Shown piece by piece: positions 14,141 to 29,045 of a DNA stretch of 64,000 nt; within the stretch, counting starts at the first letter, position 1, and each line of letters opens with the position of its first letter. Origin of the DNA: the human T2T-CHM13v2.0 reference genome, Homo sapiens. The stretch is taken from assembly GCF_009914755.1 (NCBI RefSeq), contig NC_060932.1; one strand, 5' to 3'. A program made the translations under genes and the position numbers. Under the pieces are notes generated by a model. That model ran no database searches, was not told where the DNA came from, and saw only the letters and a program-made list of their open reading frames with translations.

Positions 14141-14319
14141 TTGTACTTGAAATCTGGCTATTTCATTGAAACACATTTGCTATTGTGTATGAAGAATCAA
14201 TAACATGGACAGGGAAGAAAGAAGTTATAATTATCTTTCAAAAGCTCTTATTTCTCCAGTCTTCGTTAAGGTATGAAGCATCTGCAAAAAGTCCTGCAAA
14301 AGTGTCAAGATAGAATTAC

Positions 14320-14396
14320 CTTTCTGAATCATTATTTCTTTTGCAGCAATTATCCCCCTGAATAATAAAGTTATGGAAATGAATGATAGAACCAAC
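14320..14396 (-). ncRNA. Candidate internal exon (77 nt)
   Basis: ctgattaatttcctcag|GTTGG...GAAAG|gtaatt in unique sequence 1.8 kb upstream of the candidate terminal exon. Confidence 0.3.
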
Positions 14397-15842
14397 CTGA
14401 GGAAATTAATCAGCAAGCCTGGGAATACAATTTGGGTCTCCTTAACAATATTCCAACTTAATTGAAAACAAGGACAGTTAGGTTGGTTTTTGGTCGTTTT
14501 ATGTCTTTAATATGTAATTTTCATAAACGAAAGCTTCATATTGCACTTTGGGGATGATGGTTACAGAGTACTTGATAAGTTTTACTGCAAGGACATGTAG
14601 TAATGTATATGCCAGCCTCTTATATGACAACTATTGAATTTACACTTTCAACTCTTTTAAAATATAAACGTGTGGATTGCATACTCCTATGTTTTGCATT
14701 GCTTGTGAAATGTTGAGAAGGCATTGTGTTGACAAATGCAGCATGACATTAATCCAAGTGCATGATCCCCCTTCTGCTTGCCCCTAACTTCCCATTGCAG
14801 CCTGATGGTACATATGTGTGAGTTTATTCTTTGTGATTTCTGCAGAACATCATCTAACAACACAGGGACACTATCAGAAGAAGACCACGAAAGGTTATGC
14901 CCTTTGGAGTCAATATTGAGGTTCTCTATCACACTGGAAAGAAACAGACCTCAGACAACGGATTACTAACCACACTTCACTGAAAGCACCATCAGAGAAA
15001 CATGTGACAAAGACATGGAGATCAATGTGCTACTCTGGAATATCTCTGCATTTCCCCAAGACTGTCCTGAAAGACCAGCAATGGAGAATAGTTGTACCAG
15101 GAGTGGAGTGGTCAGATGTGTCTGTCTTTGTCATACATTGCTAGCAATTTTGGTTGTTTCTCAATAAACATTTTTAAAATTTATTTTCCCTAAATTGTTC
15201 ACTGTTCACATTCATCCATTTATCCACTTACTCAATAATTATTTTTTGAGTATCTATTCTGCGGTGAAATTAAAGACCAAAGTAGGGGATAGAGAAGTAA
15301 AGTTGAGATCACTGGGCTTTATTACTTTTTAAAGCCAGGGGATAGCAATGACGTCAGCTTGAGAATGAGTTACAATAGCAACCAGTAAAGGATAGCACTG
15401 GCTTTAAACAAAAATAAACCACCAGAATATATTTTCTGATTTATCTGTGTTTCTGATGAGGACATCCGTTTATCTATTTTAAATGAAGTGTTGCTAGATA
15501 CCCACCAGTTTTCAAGAATCTAACCACTGGGTAAATAAAAGGAAAAAATGGGAAATTCTGACACAAGAGTGAAATATGAATGAGTGAACATAGAGAGCTA
15601 TGAGGTTCTCATACTGTAGATGGTGTTTCTGTTGATCTTGGTTGCATTAGAACACATCTGCTGAAGTCCAGGGTCACCTTTGCTGAAGGTCAGTTACAGC
15701 CCATTATGAGTAAAGATATGTGGATGGAGAAATCTAGAAGAGCAGAGATAAATAGTATCTAGGTGTTTTAGGAGGCTTGAAGCATGGCATAGGAATCTGG
15801 TCACGGTGCTTTTTAAATAATGAACCATCTATCAAAAAAGCA

Positions 15843-15975
15843 AATGAGCTGTGGCTCCCACCTGTCATCCCATCTACTTGGGAGGCTGAGGTGGAAAGAT
15901 CACTAGAGCCCAGGAGTTACAGTTCCAGACCAATTTAGACAACATAGCGAGACCACGTTTCTAAAAGAAAAGAGA
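15843..15975 (+). mobile_element. FLAM / Alu monomer
   Basis: Single Alu arm ending GAGACCACGTTTCTAAAAGAAAA. Confidence 0.85.
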
Positions 15976-16235
15976 GAAAGAGAGACAGAGAGAGAGAATG
16001 CCACTTGAGAAGATGAACGTCGAACACATCATATGGTTTTCAATTGATATGTGATGGTATTGAAATTAAAAATAATTGAGGAGCATATGGTCATATCAAG
16101 AATTACAAAATGTTTGTGAAAATGAGTCCCTCCAATTAATTCTTGATTCCAAATATTGATTCCCAAAATGTAGTCACAGTAGATAAGAGATTAATAAAAC
16201 ATTTAGGATTCTTCACATTAAATGATCATTATTTT

Positions 16236-16548
<313 letters not shown>

Positions 16549-17207
16549 ACAAAAGATCACTATTTTCTAAATTAGTCCAGGTTTCTAATGCTGATATTGA
16601 TAGCTTCCCTTATTGAGCCCCATCAATAGTTTTTGCTTTGGCTCCTAGTACTCTAATATTTTCTTAAATCACTAGAATCCTCAGCCTCTTTATAAGTAAA
16701 CTCTGTATTGTATTTAAAACACCATACTTTCTGATGCCAAAACCTTAAAGAAAGGGAAGGGGCAGGAACAGCAGAAGCAATGCATTAAGATTTCTTGATA
16801 AAGTTCCCTTCCTTACATTAAGGAAACAACTTAAGACACACGGAGAGTGGATTAATATAATTGAAACCCAGTCCATAAATTCTCTTTCACATCTTACTTT
16901 CAATGTTTAAAAGCTGTTTCTTCTCTTGAATTTAACAAGGGTTTATAACAGATGTGCATTCTAAAGAAGAGTGAGGGTTTGGATTCTCCCGGGAGTACAC
17001 TTCAAATCAAGGATGCAAATGCAAGTTGTTATTTGGAAGCTGTAGAGAGCCAGGACAGGGCAGGGTGAACAGGAGGAGACAGTGAAGGATGAGTTAGCAA
17101 GTCGCTCTGGACAACTGGTGCTTAGTCCCGTGGAGAAACTATTTCATCTGAGGGCCAAGCAACTCTAAATTCATTTTTCTTCTTTTGTTCTTCCAAATGT
17201 ATCCATT

Positions 17208-17380
17208 TTTTAATTTTACAGGTAAAATTTTAAGTATCATGTACAACATGATGTTTTGAAGTCTATATTACATTGTGGACTGGTTAAATCTTACTAATTC
17301 ACATGTGCATTAACTTGCACAGCCATCATTTTTGTGGTGAGAACACTTAACATCCCTCTCTTAGCATTTTTCAAGAAATA
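17208..17380 (-). mobile_element. L1MA-type 3' end fragment
   Basis: GTACAACATGATGTTTTGAAG...TTTTGTGGTGAGAACACTTAACATC...TTAGCATTTTTCAAGAA. Confidence 0.8.
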
Positions 17381-18004
17381 TGTCTTTATATAAAAACTCA
17401 AACCATCCCTTGCTTGAGGGCGGCTGTGGGGCCTGCCATTCTACTGGGCCTGCAGCTCTGTAGAAATCCCTGTCAAAGCGATTAAGGTGCTGGTAGTTGG
17501 AAGTCAGTCAATAAGAGTACACTGAAGTGATAAGGTCTGGGGAATAAGGGCAGGACAAGCATAACCTCTGCAACAAAATCATCTCATAAAAACACCACCA
17601 CCAACGCCAACGCATCATCTGCTTGGAGCATATCCTTGATAGGATTTTTCCTGCATAACCTCTAGGCTTCCGAAGCACCCTTTGAGCAAGAAATGTTTTT
17701 CTCATTTACAGATAAGAAAGTTGTCGTAGAGGGATGAGATGTCAGTTCCAGAGGCAACAGCTGTCATGTGACAGGATTAAGTCAAAATCAAAGTTTCTAT
17801 CACTGGATTCCTTAAGCTTTACATAGATAAGAAAGTGTGATAACGAAGATTATCTGTGGAGAGGATATGAGAAGAAAAAGCTGAAGCCATCACCAGAGAC
17901 AATGCTGTGGCCAGTGGGTCTGTCCTGCTGAGGCACGGGTGGCTAATCTGGAGCCCTCCCCCAGGTCAGGGCCATCACGGCAAGCCAGAACCTGAAGTAG
18001 AGCA

Positions 18005-18035
18005 CGGCCCTCTAGCGCCCTCTAGCGCCCTCCTC
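18005..18035 (-). promoter_or_regulatory. Candidate CTCF site (duplicated core)
   Basis: Minus strand GGGCGCTAGAGGGCGCTAGAGGGCC resembles the CTCF core CCASYAGRKGGCRS; CpGs are retained. Confidence 0.5.
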
Positions 18036-20452
18036 GACCTCTGCCTCCAGCTGGGCACTTCCCTGAAACTTCCCTAGGCCTCCTTCCAAAATACACAGGT
18101 CTCCTGTGTTTTCAAGACTTTACTGCTTTTTCAATGAGAAAGCAGTCAACAAAAACTAAAAAGCATGAGGAAGTTACAAACTTTACATAGGTTTTATAGT
18201 TGCTATCTTTGGTTTACAATATACTAGTATTCATTGAATATAGTAAGATATTCAATTATAGGATGTGTTAATAGTATTCAAAGTAAAAATATTTAAAGAT
18301 CATGGTCTATTTGGGACAAAAAATTCCTAGGCACTTTTCTTCAATCAGCCTACAGTTCTCTCATCAGCTTTTTACAATGGTGAAGCAGGACCTGTTAGCA
18401 GAACCATGCCCTCCAATTTAGATCCTAATTTTGCCCCACTCCATGCCAAAGCCTGTGGGAAAGTAGATCACACCCTTTAGAAATAAGTGGCAGAAAGTTA
18501 CCCTGTATCATTTCATACCAACAGAATACTTCATTTTTGAAATTTTATTTTACCCTACTTACAAAGAGCTCACCTGTTACCATTTCCTGAAGGTTGACCT
18601 AAGACATAAGACGTCTGGTGGAACTCAAAGGACCTTATTACTCATCGTAAAGCAAGCAACATTGTCATCAGCATATTAGCCTTGGTTTCCACTGTTCCCA
18701 ATCCCAAGGGAGAGGGAAGCATAATATGGCCCAGATAAATGCCTCACATCGGTGGGTTTGCGTCACAGCTGAACAGCACTGGGTTTGGGGAATATACCAG
18801 TTTTTTAGCAAACGGTAAACTGGGCTATTTGTCTAGGAGGAGCGAGACTACTAGCTGCGCAAACAACACTGAGATACGGCCTGGGTAGGAAGCTCTCAGA
18901 GCCCTGTGGTCTTGGTACAACCAGAATCACGCAGTGGAACACAACAACCCGAACTTACTTTTTCCAAACGAATTCTCCCAATACAGAGATTCTATCATAT
19001 GTAACTTGGAGAATTCTTTCTTTATACCACAAAATACAATTTATGCTGTGTACAGAGTAACTAAAGGACAAAAATGTTCACTTACATTGATAATGAACAA
19101 AATAACATTTCATGCAATATATTCAATACAATATATCATAATTTAATAAAATAAATAAAGGTTGAATAACTGCTGATTGTTGTTGGCTTTTTTGGCAGAA
19201 CTTTATATAGATGGTGCAGGATAGTCCTCTATAATCTAAATATATAATCTAAAGGGTGCTGTCTGTGTTGCCAGGGCATATTAACAGAGGGTTTGTCTTT
19301 CTGAGATAATAGGAAAGTCACAGACAATCCCCTTAAAAAAAGGGGTAAAAAATATTAAAAAGCTCAAAGAAAGGTATTTTTTAAAGTGATTTTCACAAAG
19401 TCAAAGAATCTTAACGTAGGTGCTCAATTCCTTTAGGTTTTACTTTCATTCATCCATCCATCCAACAAAAACGTATCAAGAACTCGGACTGTACCTTGCA
19501 TAAAAAGAGTGCAAGTCATTCTACTTGGGGCAGGGGCACTTACTCAGCATGGCTTCACATAAAATCAACCCTTGCATTAGCAAATTGAACCACTAGAAGC
19601 ATGACTGTTTTCAGAGTAAGTATGACAGACAAAGGTCTGTCTCCAAGATACCAAGCATCTAGAATAGAATCTAAATGACAAATCAGATTGTATTTCACAG
19701 ACTTCTCAATATGACATGTAGCAAAGGACAATGAGAAGCTTGAGGATTCCTGGAAGAACTGTGTGCGTCACATTCCATGCCAACATGCAGACTCACACAT
19801 ACCCCATAACTTCCTACGTTTATCTATGACATTAACTACCTCTTCCACACTTCACATTTATTGTAAAAATACAGTCAAGTGGAAGGAAGAATCCCAATAG
19901 ATATTTCACCAACGATAGAAAGGGCTTCCTTGTATTTGGATAAGGGAAAGAGGTCATGCAAGAGGGTAGAAAACACATCTGAAATTTAGTTGCTTTCTTA
20001 TTCCTGGCAATAGCAACAGTAAATATCTACATAGAGCATCTCCATTTGCACATCCATCTCATCTGAATTTTAGAGTAACCCTGTGAGACAGGTATTAACA
20101 TACGACCCATAGTATAGATCAGAGAACTGTGACATTGTCCCAAAACCACTCGGGAAGTGATGGGAGCACAAATAAGACTCAGATGTTCTGCTTCGTGAGT
20201 CTGGTCTCATTCATTGAATTGAAGGACTTGGATGCAGGTTGAAAAAACTTGGACTAAGGTTGAGGCTGATGTTCACCTGTTTGGGAAGTCAGGATTGTCC
20301 ATCTGATAAGAGGAGTAACTGACAACAAATAACCATCGCCTTTTCTGCCTGTACAATATATAGTGAGTTGCTAAGACACTGTCTCATTCACTCAATTACT
20401 TGACACTTGCTATCACTCAGCAGGGCAAAGAGAACTTGCACATATCACCTCA

Positions 20453-20774
<322 letters not shown>

Positions 20775-20914
20775 TTAATTGAGAACCAAAGAGGTCAAAT
20801 TGGCAAAAGGTCACCCTGCTGGGAAATGTTATGAGGTGGACGGCTTTAGAATGTAAGGCAAATCCTCTCCTTTACCTAGGAGGGAAAAATCCCTCCCACC
20901 ATCCCGTTCTATAT

Positions 20915-21025
20915 TTTCCTCCCCTCTCCTCTTCTTCCCTCCTTTTCTTCCCCTTCTGTCCCCTCCTTCCCTCTTCCTCCTCCCCCTTTCCTCCTTCTAC
21001 TATTTCTTTTCCTTTTCCTCCTCCC
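20915..21025. repeat. CT-rich polypyrimidine tract
   Basis: ~110 bp of almost only C and T. Confidence 0.8.
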
Positions 21026-21278
21026 ACACATATGCAACACACAGACACATCTCATAAGGCATGAAAGAGCGATGACTGGCACATTTTTTAGGCAATTATT
21101 CTAATATATTATTAACTTCAAGAGGGCTCATCCCAGCACTTTGAATTCTGGAATAGCTCCCTTCCTTCCAGACTTCACCCTCTTCAGCATTTCTTAATTT
21201 CACGGATAGCTCCTGCTCTTGATTGAAAATGACAGTTTTTGAGGGCCAGAGGCTGTCTTTGCAATGATTTGATCTGTC

Positions 21279-21298
21279 TATATATATATATATATATA
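21279..21298. repeat. (TA)n microsatellite
   Basis: ~10 TA units. Confidence 0.9.
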
Positions 21299-22943
21299 CA
21301 AGTCTCCATGTAAGCTGGAGGCCGGGCTCTGTCCAGAGGTGTAGCCACAGAACACTTTGCCTTGCAGTTACTTCTGTGTATCGAGTTCGTGTCTAATTTT
21401 CTGCAGCGAGTCTGAGGACTGAGAGAAGTACTTGTGTCTCCCTGAATAAATATGTTAGAATCGTCGCCTGCCTTCAGATACAGAATTGCATGACTTCAAA
21501 CAGCACAGACGCTGGAACTACATTTTGAAGATGAGAAGAAAAAAAAAAAATAGGAGACACAGATGTGGGCACTTATTTCAAAGAATCGAATAGTGAGATG
21601 TTTAAGCACCAAAATCAAAGACCATGGGGGGGAAGCATCCAAACTCTGGGCTTCTGCTAGAAGATCCTTTTTCTTCCACAACAGAAAAAAGACAAAAAAA
21701 AATAGTTGAAGACAGCATCACTCACTTTAAACTCATTTTGACTTATTTTGTAAGAAATTATGAAACTACTAGGAACACAGCTGAGGGCGGGCACAGCCTG
21801 CAGAAGGCACATTCTCTGTCCTCTAGCTCCCCAGTGTGGTGGGGAGAGTGTCATGCACAGACTTCCTGGCAGTGCTCAGAAAGCTGAAGTCAATGCCTTA
21901 AGTCCCTGGAAGCAGTAGAGGAGGGAGGGAACCATTCGAACTTGAAGTAGGAAAAATCAAGGGAATTTTCCAGAGAGAATTCTGCATTCCAAACATTTCT
22001 CAAATACATCCCTTCCTTCTCCCTACTACACTGAACTGCTTCGAGTACTGGGAGTCTTTGGCCCGGACCCCTGCAGTAACTTGTCTCCTTGACAACCTAC
22101 TCCTCTCCTTGTAGTCTGTTATTCAAACAGGCAAATCTTACTAAAAGAGAAAATGTGATCACGGAATGTCCTGCTTAAAAATCCTTCAAGATATAGGTTC
22201 CTTTTGAAAGCTTTTCTGAACTCCACACCCAGCGCTCAAGGATGCAATAGTTATGCTGTGTAACAGACTATCCCCCTACAGCAGTGTTTTACAAAGCAGT
22301 GATTTTATTTAGCTTAAGATGGTGTGGGCCATCCAGATGATTCTTCTGGCCTGGGCTTCCTGATTCCTCTCCGCATGAAGAATTAAATACAAAATAATTT
22401 AAGATGTGTTATAAAAGTATAGTACAAACCACCTGGCCCATGGTAAGTCAGAGAAAAGAGAAAGAACCAGCAATTTTTTCACATTGAAGAACTTGTGGAG
22501 AAACAAAAAGGACTTCCATTGGTCCTTATTAGTCAGGTTCAGGGAACTGAGAATTACTTTGTCCCTCACACTCTGCTGAGAGCTTTACAGGAGCTGACTT
22601 AATACACTTTCCTTTAAATCTCCCAAGATAGGCACCACTTACCTTGTTTTACAGATGAAAAACTGAGTCCAAAAAGCTACGAATTTTGCCTAAAATTACA
22701 TACCAAAAAAAAAAAAAATAGAACAAGCATTTGCAATTAGGTCCCTTTGACACTAAAACTCATGAACTCTCCACTGCTTGATCTTTAGAAAACAAACAGA
22801 TGTTTGATTTATGGTAATATATTTAATTTAAATCTCTAAAAATCACTGTACTTGTATTTGCTGTATATTGAGCATATGCTTCCTAAGGTCATTTCTACCA
22901 TAAGCAGCACAGACTGGCTTGCTCTTAAAGAGAAGGATATTGG

Positions 22944-23240
<297 letters not shown>

Positions 23241-24439
23241 GGAGAGAGGGAGAGAGAGGGCCATCGGGGTGAGGCAACATCTCTCGCAGATCTTCAGCTG
23301 TGACTCTTCAGGACAAATGGCCATGGGGAAGTCACCTAACATTTCAGGGCCTCAAATTCTTACTTTCTGTGTGTGCGTACATTTCAATTTATTAAAACAG
23401 TGATACAATTGCCTACAGGGTTGCCTCAGAGATTAAACAAGATAAATGTGTGCAAAGAATCTAAAATGCTGCCTGAACATATACTGGCTACTCATAAAAT
23501 GACACGTCTTTTTATTATCGTGATGTCAAATAGAAGATATTAGAAAAGGGTAACATTCTGAAAAGAGGACATACCCATTTGGGAAAATGATAAACATGAG
23601 TGATGGTAGGAAAAAAAGACATAGGTTGGAAAACTCTACGTACAATTAACAGTAACGATTCATTATGAGCTGTAAAATGGGACCATCATTTGCAACAAGA
23701 GAAACTAATTTTGTAATAGAGACAATTCCCCAAGCAGCCATTTCTGATGTTTTGAGTGGGATGAGTCACTTCAAAAATCATAGTGGAAAGTATTTTGGTC
23801 TTTGGGAAATGTATTCTATCCCATTTACAAAGCACTGAAATTTTAGCTACAAGCTTCAGCTCACCTTGGCAAATAGAAGGCGCTCAAAACTGGCTGTTGA
23901 GTTGGACTCTAATGTCTGCATCTCCTAATTGCTTATGAAATATGTGTTGAACAAATTAAACAACATTTATATTACAACAAAGGAAATTAGCTCTAACCAC
24001 ATATCATCTACTTCCTATAACAGAGCTAAGTGTTTAATTGTTTCTTCTATTTTTACTCCACAGATGTCTTTCATTTGGAAAAAAAAAGGAATGTAAGAAT
24101 GTAAGGTGTCACCAATGATTAGGCATTGGTGACTAGAATTGTATTTAGTGTATATATGAGCTATTGTGATATGAAAAGTTTAAATACCTGGTTTTAGTCA
24201 GAAGAGAGGATACCAAATCAGAATTCTCTACTGATAAGATACATTCTCTCAATTAATGCTTCAATATCTGGAGAGTGTGGGCCAAAAACCCAAATTCAGG
24301 AAGGAATTTCTTTCTTAAGATAATAGGTGGCAAATAGGCAGCTTAGAATATTTAATTGAAGATTTGCTGCACGTAAGACACAGTATATACAGGACATTGA
24401 GACGAGGCCTAAGCCATCCTCCTCATTGGAGCACACCAT

Positions 24440-24680
24440 GATGGCTTGAAAATACAGGGTCTGGAGTCAGATGCTCTCACATCAAATCATGACTCTAAAC
24501 TTAGTATTTCTGAGATTATGAACAACCTGTCTTCTTTCTCTGTGCCTTTATTTCATCAACTGTAAAATGGGGAAAATATTAGAATCAAATTCATGGAGTT
24601 TTGTTGTAAGGGAGAAATGAAATACATGCTAAGTTCAGCACAATACTAGGCACATAAACAATTCTAATAGCTCTTAGCTA
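24440..24680 (+). mobile_element. MIR
   Basis: TCTGGAGTCAGA...TCTCTGTGCCTTTATTTCATCAACTGTAAAATGGGG core. Other MIR-like remnants lie near 22.6, 23.3, 25.0-25.5, 27.2, 28.3, 37.8, 55.1-55.8, 61.3 and 62.8-63.3 kb. Confidence 0.7.
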
Positions 24681-25539
24681 TAAATATTAGTAGTACTCCC
24701 TATAGACTTTCAAAGGAATGTTGAGTTATAGTAATAGAAATATTTATAATTCCATAAGCATGCCTCCTTAGATTAAATCTTATTATTTTCATTACCCTTA
24801 TCATTAACATTATTATTATCATTATGGTAAGTCATTGGTCTTATGAACTGAGGAGTGAAGTTTGTGCTGACATCAGCCATATAAAAGAGACAATACTAAT
24901 AAGCTACAACTCTCTTTTTATTGGTTCCTAGAAAAAGAGGAAGTAGGGAAATAATAAGTGTCAAATATGTCAAATACTGCTCTAGGTAGTTTATATTAAT
25001 ATTCATTCATGGATTCTCATAATCACCCCTCAACTTGAGTATTAAAAACCCTACTTTGCAGATGAAATTGGAAAGGAAACTAAATTTTTGCTTAAGCTAG
25101 TATTTGCCTAAGTAAGTTATGAATAGATCTGAGCTTGAACTCAGGTTTCACTAACTTTAAAGTCCTGATTGTTTTCACTATGCTAGCTCCTCTTTAAAAT
25201 CAGTACATTTTAGGTAATGGGTTCTAGTTTCCTTGAGTTTCTAGTTAATTAATATACACTGTGTTGTAAGAAGATGAGCAATGGGCTTAGTGTCAGTAGA
25301 CTTCCCTTGAGGCCTGGGTCTTTCTACTTCTTAAGAATGAACCTGTGCAGGGCTATTTGCACTCTTTGAAACTCAATTTCCTTATGTGCAAAATGGGCAT
25401 AAGTAGTCTTTTACTCACAAGTGATTTGCAGGCATACAACAGAATAAATATGAGAGTGCTATGTCTATTGTAAAAACCTTAGGAAAAATAGTGAATAAGT
25501 CACAGAGTGCCAGTAAATTTATAATTGTCTCAATAGCAG

Positions 25540-26400
25540 AAGTATCAGGCAGTGTCATATCCTGGTCCTCTCATACCTTAGTCATCTTGTTTAACACCAT
25601 CCTCAATTTCTCCTTTTTACACCCAGCCTAGCCACCATTCACCACATCAGAAGCCATGTGGGCTCTGTTTAATAATAAACTCCAAAAGTGTCACTTTTTT
25701 CCATGATCACTGCTAACACCCTAGTCCAAGCCACTGATAACCAGATGACTGCATCAGCCTTGATAACACATTGCCCTGCTGTCACAGACACCCCTCTAGA
25801 GTCCACATGCCACAGGGGCCAGCGTCATCTTATAAAACCTAGATCCCAACACTCACCGCTTTAAAATCAGCTCTGCTCTCTATTACGCTAACAATGAAAA
25901 TCCAGACTCCTTGTGGTAGCCCTCAATGGCCAAGGAGACCCAGCTCTTATCTACCACTGCGTTTCAGGTCCAACACTCCAGCCTTGCAGGCACACAGAGC
26001 TTCTTCCGGCTCTTCCATCACAGCCAGTCTCTCTGAGCCCTAGAGCCCAGGCACTCTGCCTGGAGTACCCCAACCTCAACTCTCCATGAGATGTTCCCTT
26101 CTTAGCATTCAGGTCTCAGCTCAAAAGGCCCCTCTTCATCAGGACCTGCCTATCTCCTGGATCTAAATAAGAGACCCACACACACTTCACTCACACCTAT
26201 AATACCTACTGACTGCATGGCATTTTTGCTACCTGGAAGTCTTTCTTGTTTATTCACCTCTTTATTCTTGTTTATTCACCTCTTGCTTGTCTGTTGCCCT
26301 GGCAAAATTTAGACTCCATGAAAGAAGGCACCTATGTGTCCTTTTCAACACTAGCAAGCAGAACAAATCATAGGTTTGCAAAGAATATATGTTGGATACA
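25540..26400 (+). mobile_element. L2 LINE fragment
   Basis: CCCTAGTCCAAGCCAC, TTCAGGTCTCAGCTCAAA, AGACTCCATGAAAGAAGG are L2 3' motifs. Confidence 0.7.
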
Positions 26401-26741
26401 TTTTTAAAAGTGAATTTCTCTTATACTACTGCAGCCGCAACCATACAATCTTCTGCCTCTGTCTGTTGGCTTTCAAATCCCCCTGCACTGCCCCATTCAA
26501 GGTTCTACAGTGCACCACAAAAATCAAGAAAACGAAGACAAATCTCTTGCTCTGGAATCCAGTACTCCCCAGATCCCAGCCTGCATCTGCCTCTGAAGCC
26601 TCCTTCCTCACTCTCTCCTGCTCACAATCTTTCCTCCAGCCACACAGCTGCAAGCTTCTTAGGCTGCTCCTTTAGCCCGAACTAGCCCCTCCGTTTACAC
26701 AATAATTTCTGTCCTACTCATGCCTTGCTTTGCCCAGGTAA

Positions 26742-26987
26742 GATGCTATGTATTTTATTTTTTATTTCTATTTTTTATTTTATTTTTATTTTTATTTTTA
26801 TTATTTTATAAATCATATATTTATGTATATTTACATATTTACATATTTTAAATATTTATATATTTATAAACTTATTATATATTTATAATTAAATTATATA
26901 TTATAATATAATAACATTATCTTAAATAATATGTATTTTATTATTTTATTTTTATTTTTTATTTTATTTTATGATGCTATTTATTTT
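26742..26987. repeat. AT-rich simple repeat flanked by 15-bp direct repeats
   Basis: (TTTTA)n/(TA)n-like tract; GATGCTATKTATTTT at 26742-26756 and 26973-26987. Confidence 0.85.
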
Positions 26988-28554
26988 CTATGTGAAACTT
27001 TCCCTGATCATTCCAGGAAAAAAACTCAGTCCTTCCTCACTGCTCTCACAGGTTTCCCTCGATTGAACACTGAGCTGTGTTTGGTTCTGTTTTGAAGCAG
27101 TGAAGGTGTCTCTTTACAGTCTATTTCTTTGATAGTGAGAGGAAGGGGTTGAAAATGATATTTAATATGTTGACTGTTCACCACTCATGTTTATACACAT
27201 TACCTGCTTGAAATTCTGCTTCAGTACTTCAAGGATCATTTTTCCCATTTCGCAGATGGAGACATTGAAGTTGAGTGAGATTATATAAGTTAGGGTTGCA
27301 CCACTTACATATGGCTAAGTTGAGAATAAATCCAGGTCTGACATCAAAGCCAGTGTCTACTGCTTCCTTCTGTTTCCCCACATCAGGTCTACTTTGGAAC
27401 AACACTGAATTTAATATAAGGGATTGAGCTGAAGTGAATTGCATGGAATTGGATGAAAAAGCCGGCTGTACTGAAGGCCAAGTTTGTCTGTTTCTCAATT
27501 GGATCTGGGAGTCCTTATGCCTGTCTTTATTTACTTGGTCGGATTCCCTCCCATGCCTAAACATTCTCACAAAGTGAAGAGGGGAGTCCCAGGCCCCGGG
27601 AAGCAGTGCCCCTCCGGACGGTGCCAACAGTTGCCTATATTACTGAGCTGCTAAGCTCATTTTTCTTTGGCATTTGTTTTAATGGTCAGAGCGAATGAAT
27701 TGTGGCTGTTGGATGAGACTGAAAATTAGGTGTATTTGGTGATGAATTCATCTCAAATTGCTGAAACTGTCAACTCAGGTGGCAAATATTCAGTTCATTC
27801 TTGAAAAAAAAGGAGAAAACTACAACATCTTTCCCCCAGTGATCTCTATAAGAAAACTTGAAAAGCCACCAAATTAGAATTGCATTGTTTTCTCTGGCAT
27901 TCATCCAGATTCTCGCAATATTCAAAGCAGTCATTTTATTTCAACGGCTCAGGAAAAACATGTTTGACATAGCTTAAAAAGATAGATTAAAACTTCATAT
28001 TTGAAATAATGTCAGGATGAGCCAAATTCACTAAGGCAACCTGTCTGGGAAAGGTTTCCACCCGGACACACTGAGGCACATGCCAGAGCCTGAGCAAGGT
28101 GGGCCTGTCAAGGGTCTTGGGCAAGGAATGGGGAATAGGATTCAGGACCCTGTGTTCTAGTCCCAACTCTGGTCCCTGTTTACTGACAGAACTTGAGTAA
28201 GTTGCTTAATTTCACTGATACACCCATTGTCTATGCTGCAGCATTGAGCACCTGTTACATGTTTCAGAAAGTTGAGAAACAGAATGTTGCCTGAAAATGA
28301 AATGAAGCATCCCCAAGACCCGTCACTTTTACTGAGGGACCTTGTTCAAGCTTAATGTCTCTGAATCTCAGTTTCTTGACTGATAAAATGAAACAAACAA
28401 AACAAAACAAAACACCAGAACAAGTCCTTTTTCACAGGGCTATTGGTGAGAATTAAATGAGATGATGTATGCGAAAGTACCAAGATGCTGGTGAAGGGCT
28501 GAAAAGGTGCCACGACGCCCAGCTGCATGGCTGATAACAATGAATTAGAATTTA

Positions 28555-29045
<491 letters not shown>

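Noticed and set aside
18595-18945. Possible old ERVL-type LTR (also 32.1-32.4, 43.2-43.7, 49.3-49.8 and 58.0-58.4 kb)
   Set aside because: They have an LTR-like texture but are too degenerate to assign by eye.
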